Source of the DNA: Limnoglobus sp. | GTDB lineage: Bacteria; Planctomycetota; Planctomycetia; Gemmatales; Gemmataceae | NCBI GenBank assembly: GCA_025353985.1 | Contig: JANXNT010000696.1 | Span: forward strand, 1 to 39,924 | Reading direction: 5' to 3' | DNA: 39,924 nucleotides | Notes under the pieces: model-generated | The model's database searches: none | What the model was told of the DNA's origin: nothing | What the model saw: only the letters and a program-made list of their open reading frames with translations | Shown: in pieces, positions 36,988-39,924 of the stretch | Layout of the letters: each line of letters opens with the position of its first letter | How positions within the stretch are numbered: the stretch's first letter is position 1 | Translations under genes and position numbers: made by a program

Positions 36988-38259
36988 GTGAACCGGACCC
37001 GGACCCCCGAACGCGTCGGCGACATCCTCAGCCGGCTACCAAAACTCTCCCCGGACGCGGACACCGGTGCAAAACCTCGCGGAGGGTCGGGCCCAACGCA
37101 GCCATGTTCTCCGGGACCGGACCGCGCTCCGCCCGCGGACGCCCGCGAGCCGCCCGACGCCCCGGCGAGCCGGTACGACTTCGATCTGGGCGAGTTCCCG
37201 CTGTTCCGGCTCAACAAACTCGCCGCGGGCCGATCGGGCCGCGAGCCGCTCCGCTACGAGGACGCCATCACCGGCCGCGACGGCCGGCCCGTTCGCCGGT
37301 CGTGGGCCGTCCACCCCGGCGCGTCCGGCTTCGGCGGCCCGAGCACCCAGGTGCTCCTCTTCGACCTGCTTCAACTCTACGCCGAGCAGGGGGCACGCGG
37401 GTCCCAGATCCAGTTCGGCACGCTCCGCTCGCTCCTGGCCCGCCGCGGCGACCGCAACCCGTCGAAGCGCGACTACGACCGCCTGCGCCGGGACTTCGAC
37501 GTCTTGCGCGGCTACGACATCCACTGCGTCAACGCCTTCTGGGACTCGGCCCGGCGGGCCTACGCCGACATGAACTGGCGGCTGTTCGGGTCGGTCTTCT
37601 ACTTCAAGGCGGGTCCCGGGGCGGACCCCGGCGGGCAGCCCTTCGGCTTCATCGAGGTCAGTCCGGTGCTCCAGGCCGCCGCCCGGTCCCGCGGTTTGTA
37701 CAGCCTCGGCTTCGGCCGCGCCTTCTTCTACCGGCTCAAGCCCCTGGAGCAGCGGCTGGCCGTCTACCTGGCCAAGCAGTTCACCTCGCAGACGCTGCAC
37801 CGCCGCTTCGTGCGCGACCTGGCGCGGGTCCTGCCCATCGAGGCCGGGCGGGACCGCGACTGCCGCCGCATCCTGTCGGGGGCCGCGGACGGCCTGCTGC
37901 GCGCCGCGCTCCCGGCGCTGGGGTCGTTCCGGCTGACGCCGTCGGCGACCGGGGAGTGGCTCGCGGAGTTCCGCCGCGGCACCGCGCCCGCCGACCCGTA
38001 CTCCGTGCCCTGGCGGCCCGCTGAGGCGCTCGGCCCGGCCCTGGCCGAGTTGGTCTATCGGATCGTCGAGGCCGTCGGCGGGGAGGACGACCGGGTCTGG
38101 TGGGCCCGCTGCGCCGAGCGACTCGGCCGCGGGGCGGTCGATCGGGGCCTGGGGTTACTCAAAGAGGCCCGCCGGAACGGGGCCGTGAGGAACCCGGGGG
38201 GACTGCTCACGAAGTTCTTCAAGGACATCGCCGCCGAGGCCGGCGTGGCCCTGACCTGA
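36988..38259 (+). CDS. Plasmid replication initiator protein (RepA/RPA-like)
   Basis: 'DFDLGEFPLFRL', 'RRSWAV', 'DYDRLRRDFDVLRG...NAFWD', C-terminal 'VRNPGGLL'; directly downstream of the iterons. Confidence 0.75.
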   Translation: MNRTRTPERVGDILSRLPKLSPDADTGAKPRGGSGPTQPCSPGPDRAPPADAREPPDAPASRYDFDLGEFPLFRLNKLAAGRSGREPLRYEDAITGRDGRPVRRSWAVHPGASGFGGPSTQVLLFDLLQLYAEQGARGSQIQFGTLRSLLARRGDRNPSKRDYDRLRRDFDVLRGYDIHCVNAFWDSARRAYADMNWRLFGSVFYFKAGPGADPGGQPFGFIEVSPVLQAAARSRGLYSLGFGRAFFYRLKPLEQRLAVYLAKQFTSQTLHRRFVRDLARVLPIEAGRDRDCRRILSGAADGLLRAALPALGSFRLTPSATGEWLAEFRRGTAPADPYSVPWRPAEALGPALAELVYRIVEAVGGEDDRVWWARCAERLGRGAVDRGLGLLKEARRNGAVRNPGGLLTKFFKDIAAEAGVALT

Positions 38260-38268
38260 CGCCACCCC

Positions 38269-38430
38269 GCGAGTCGTCCCCGCCCGCGGCTCGAGGGCGA
38301 CGACTTGCTACTCTCGCCCGGTCGATCTATTGAACGGTCCGAGTACACGCTTGTGACTGCGAGTCGTCGCGTCGGCCGGCCCGACCTGCCCGTGACGCGC
38401 CGACCGGGCGTGACTCGAAGTCAGAGTCGC
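38269..38430. promoter_or_regulatory. Hairpin-rich leader of ardC (candidate ssDNA promoter)
   Basis: Stems GCGAGTCGTC/GACGACTTGC (38269-38308) and TGACTGCGAGTC/GACTCGAAGTCA (38354-38423); TTGCTA-17 nt-TATTGA at 38305-38333. Confidence 0.4.
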
Positions 38431-38449
38431 ACCTTTTGAAACGAGGACT

Positions 38450-39433
38450 ATGAACCCAGACCAGACCGCCAGAACCACTCCCCCCGCCGAAGCCGAGTCA
38501 CTCGCGCTGCCGCCGCGGCCCGCGGCCGGGCGGCCCGACGTCTACGCCCGGGTAACCGACCGGGTCGTCGCGCTCCTCGAAGCCGGCGGCCCGCTCCCGT
38601 GGGTCAAGCCCTGGCACGCCGAGCACCTCGCCGGGCGCGTCTCCCGGCCGCTGCGGCACTCGGGCGAGCCCTACGGCGGCATCAACGTCCTGGTCCTCTG
38701 GGTGACCGCCGAGGAGCGGGGGTACGCGTCGCCCCTCTGGGTCACCTTCAAGCAGGCCCTCGAACTCGGCGGCCACGTCAAGAAGGGCGAGAAGGGGACG
38801 CCGGTCGTCTACGCCGGCAAGTTGACCAAGGAGCAGGAGAAGGGCGACGGGACGAAAGAGGACAAGGAGGTGTTCTTCTTAAAGGAGTACACCGTCTTCA
38901 ACGCCGAGCAGACCGCGGACCTGCCCGAGCGCTACTACGCCCTGAAGCCGGTGCCCGGCCAGGACCGGCGGCCCGAGCGCCTGCCCGAGGCCGAGGGGTT
39001 CTTCGCGGCGCTGGGCCCGGCGGTCGCGCACGGCGGCAACCAGGCCTCCTACTCGACGGCCAGCGACTCGATCCGGATGCCACCCCTCGAAGCCTTCCGG
39101 GACGCCGTCGCGTACTACGCCACACTCGCGCACGAGGTGACGCACTGGACCGCGCACGTCTCGCGCGTGAACCGCGTCATCGAGTCGCGGCGGTTCGGGT
39201 CGGAGGCCTACGCCGTCGAGGAACTCGTCGCCGAACTCGGGGCGGCGTTCCTGTGCGCCGACCTCGGCTTGGCCCCCGAACCGCGGGGCGAGACGGCCGC
39301 CTACGTGCAGACCTGGCTCAAGGTACTCAACGGGGACAAGCGGGCGATCTTCACGGCCGCCGCTTCCGCCCAGAAGGCGGTCGAGTGGATGCACGGCCGG
39401 CAGCCGCCCCGCGGGGAAGCCGTTACGCCTTGA
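38450..39433 (+). CDS. ardC: Antirestriction protein ArdC (ssDNA-binding domain plus zincin-like domain)
   Basis: 'PWVKPW', 'YGGINVLVLW', 'WVTFKQALELGGHVKKGEKG', 'YTVFNAEQ', 'YYATLAHEVTHWT', 'YAVEELVAELGAAFLCA'; GAGGA RBS. Confidence 0.93.
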   Translation: MNPDQTARTTPPAEAESLALPPRPAAGRPDVYARVTDRVVALLEAGGPLPWVKPWHAEHLAGRVSRPLRHSGEPYGGINVLVLWVTAEERGYASPLWVTFKQALELGGHVKKGEKGTPVVYAGKLTKEQEKGDGTKEDKEVFFLKEYTVFNAEQTADLPERYYALKPVPGQDRRPERLPEAEGFFAALGPAVAHGGNQASYSTASDSIRMPPLEAFRDAVAYYATLAHEVTHWTAHVSRVNRVIESRRFGSEAYAVEELVAELGAAFLCADLGLAPEPRGETAAYVQTWLKVLNGDKRAIFTAAASAQKAVEWMHGRQPPRGEAVTP

Positions 39434-39734
39434 CCGCCGCGTCCTGACAAGCCCCGCCCTCAACCGACCCTCGACCGGCAACGCCACGGCGTTCAGCAAG
39501 TGCCGGACGGACACCGCCCCGACTCCCTCCGGCTCAGAAGGGTGCCCGGGACGGCGAAGCAGTCCCCGCCGGACGACGGCCGCGGTGTCAGCCCCGGTGA
39601 ACACCGCAACCGGCGACCGACGGCGACGAAGGGTGCCCGCCCCCAGACCAGGCCCCGGACGACCCAAGCTCACCCCGACAATTCCACCCGACGTTACTCG
39701 CCCGCGGATCAAACCGGTCTTGACTCCCCGCTCC

Positions 39735-39811
39735 GGCGTCGGCAACGGCGTGCCAACCCTCAGCCGGGTCGGTCCGCTCCGTTCCACTCCGCCACTGCCG
39801 TTGCAGACGCC
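39735..39811. repeat. Long imperfect hairpin downstream of ardC
   Basis: GGCGTCGGCAACGGC (39735-39749) / GCCGTTGCAGACGCC (39797-39811), 14 of 15 pairs. Confidence 0.6.
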
Positions 39812-39924
39812 TGCGCTGCCGCACAACCGGGGCCGAGCCTTTCACCCAGCGGTCGCGGCAGGGGCCGCGGAAGACGGGGATTGTCCGTTCCCGGCGGGCG
39901 GGGGGGTCGGGGTTTCCCAGTCGG

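Larger units (their letters stand above)
7235..39924. mobile_element. GC-rich integrated plasmid/ICE-like element carrying a Dpd defence island (right end beyond window)
   Basis: Abrupt compositional shift after rluA: spot-counted 60-nt lines were mostly 55-57% GC to the left and 68-80% to the right. Contains rep, iterons, par, ardC and a helicase remnant. No integrase is seen in the window. Confidence 0.7.

Overview
The window has two parts with different base composition. Bases 1-7234 look like ordinary chromosome, probably a planctomycete (Gemmataceae-like, inferred from gene content and repeat style). They carry REP-like palindromes, two exbD genes with N-terminal GYF_2-like domains, a membrane protein, an SDR, an FHA protein, two small secreted Cys/Gly/Pro/Tyr-rich proteins, a Uma2 nuclease and an RluA/RluD pseudouridine synthase. 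From about 7240 to the window end lies a GC-richer element. It carries a complete Dpd (7-deazaguanine DNA modification/restriction) island split into two divergent operons: dpdC-dpdB-dpdA-dpdB'-queE (minus) and dpdE-F-G-H-I-J-K-D (plus). The plus operon is extended by an HNH nuclease and a third, divergent DGQHR protein before a strong terminator. After it come a broken helicase/methylase remnant, a res-like site, a type Ib partition module, an iteron origin with a Rep gene, and ardC flanked by large hairpins. The best candidate for an undescribed system is this three-DGQHR, HNH-extended Dpd variant on an integrated plasmid-like replicon. All family assignments come from motif recognition and synteny; no database searches were run.
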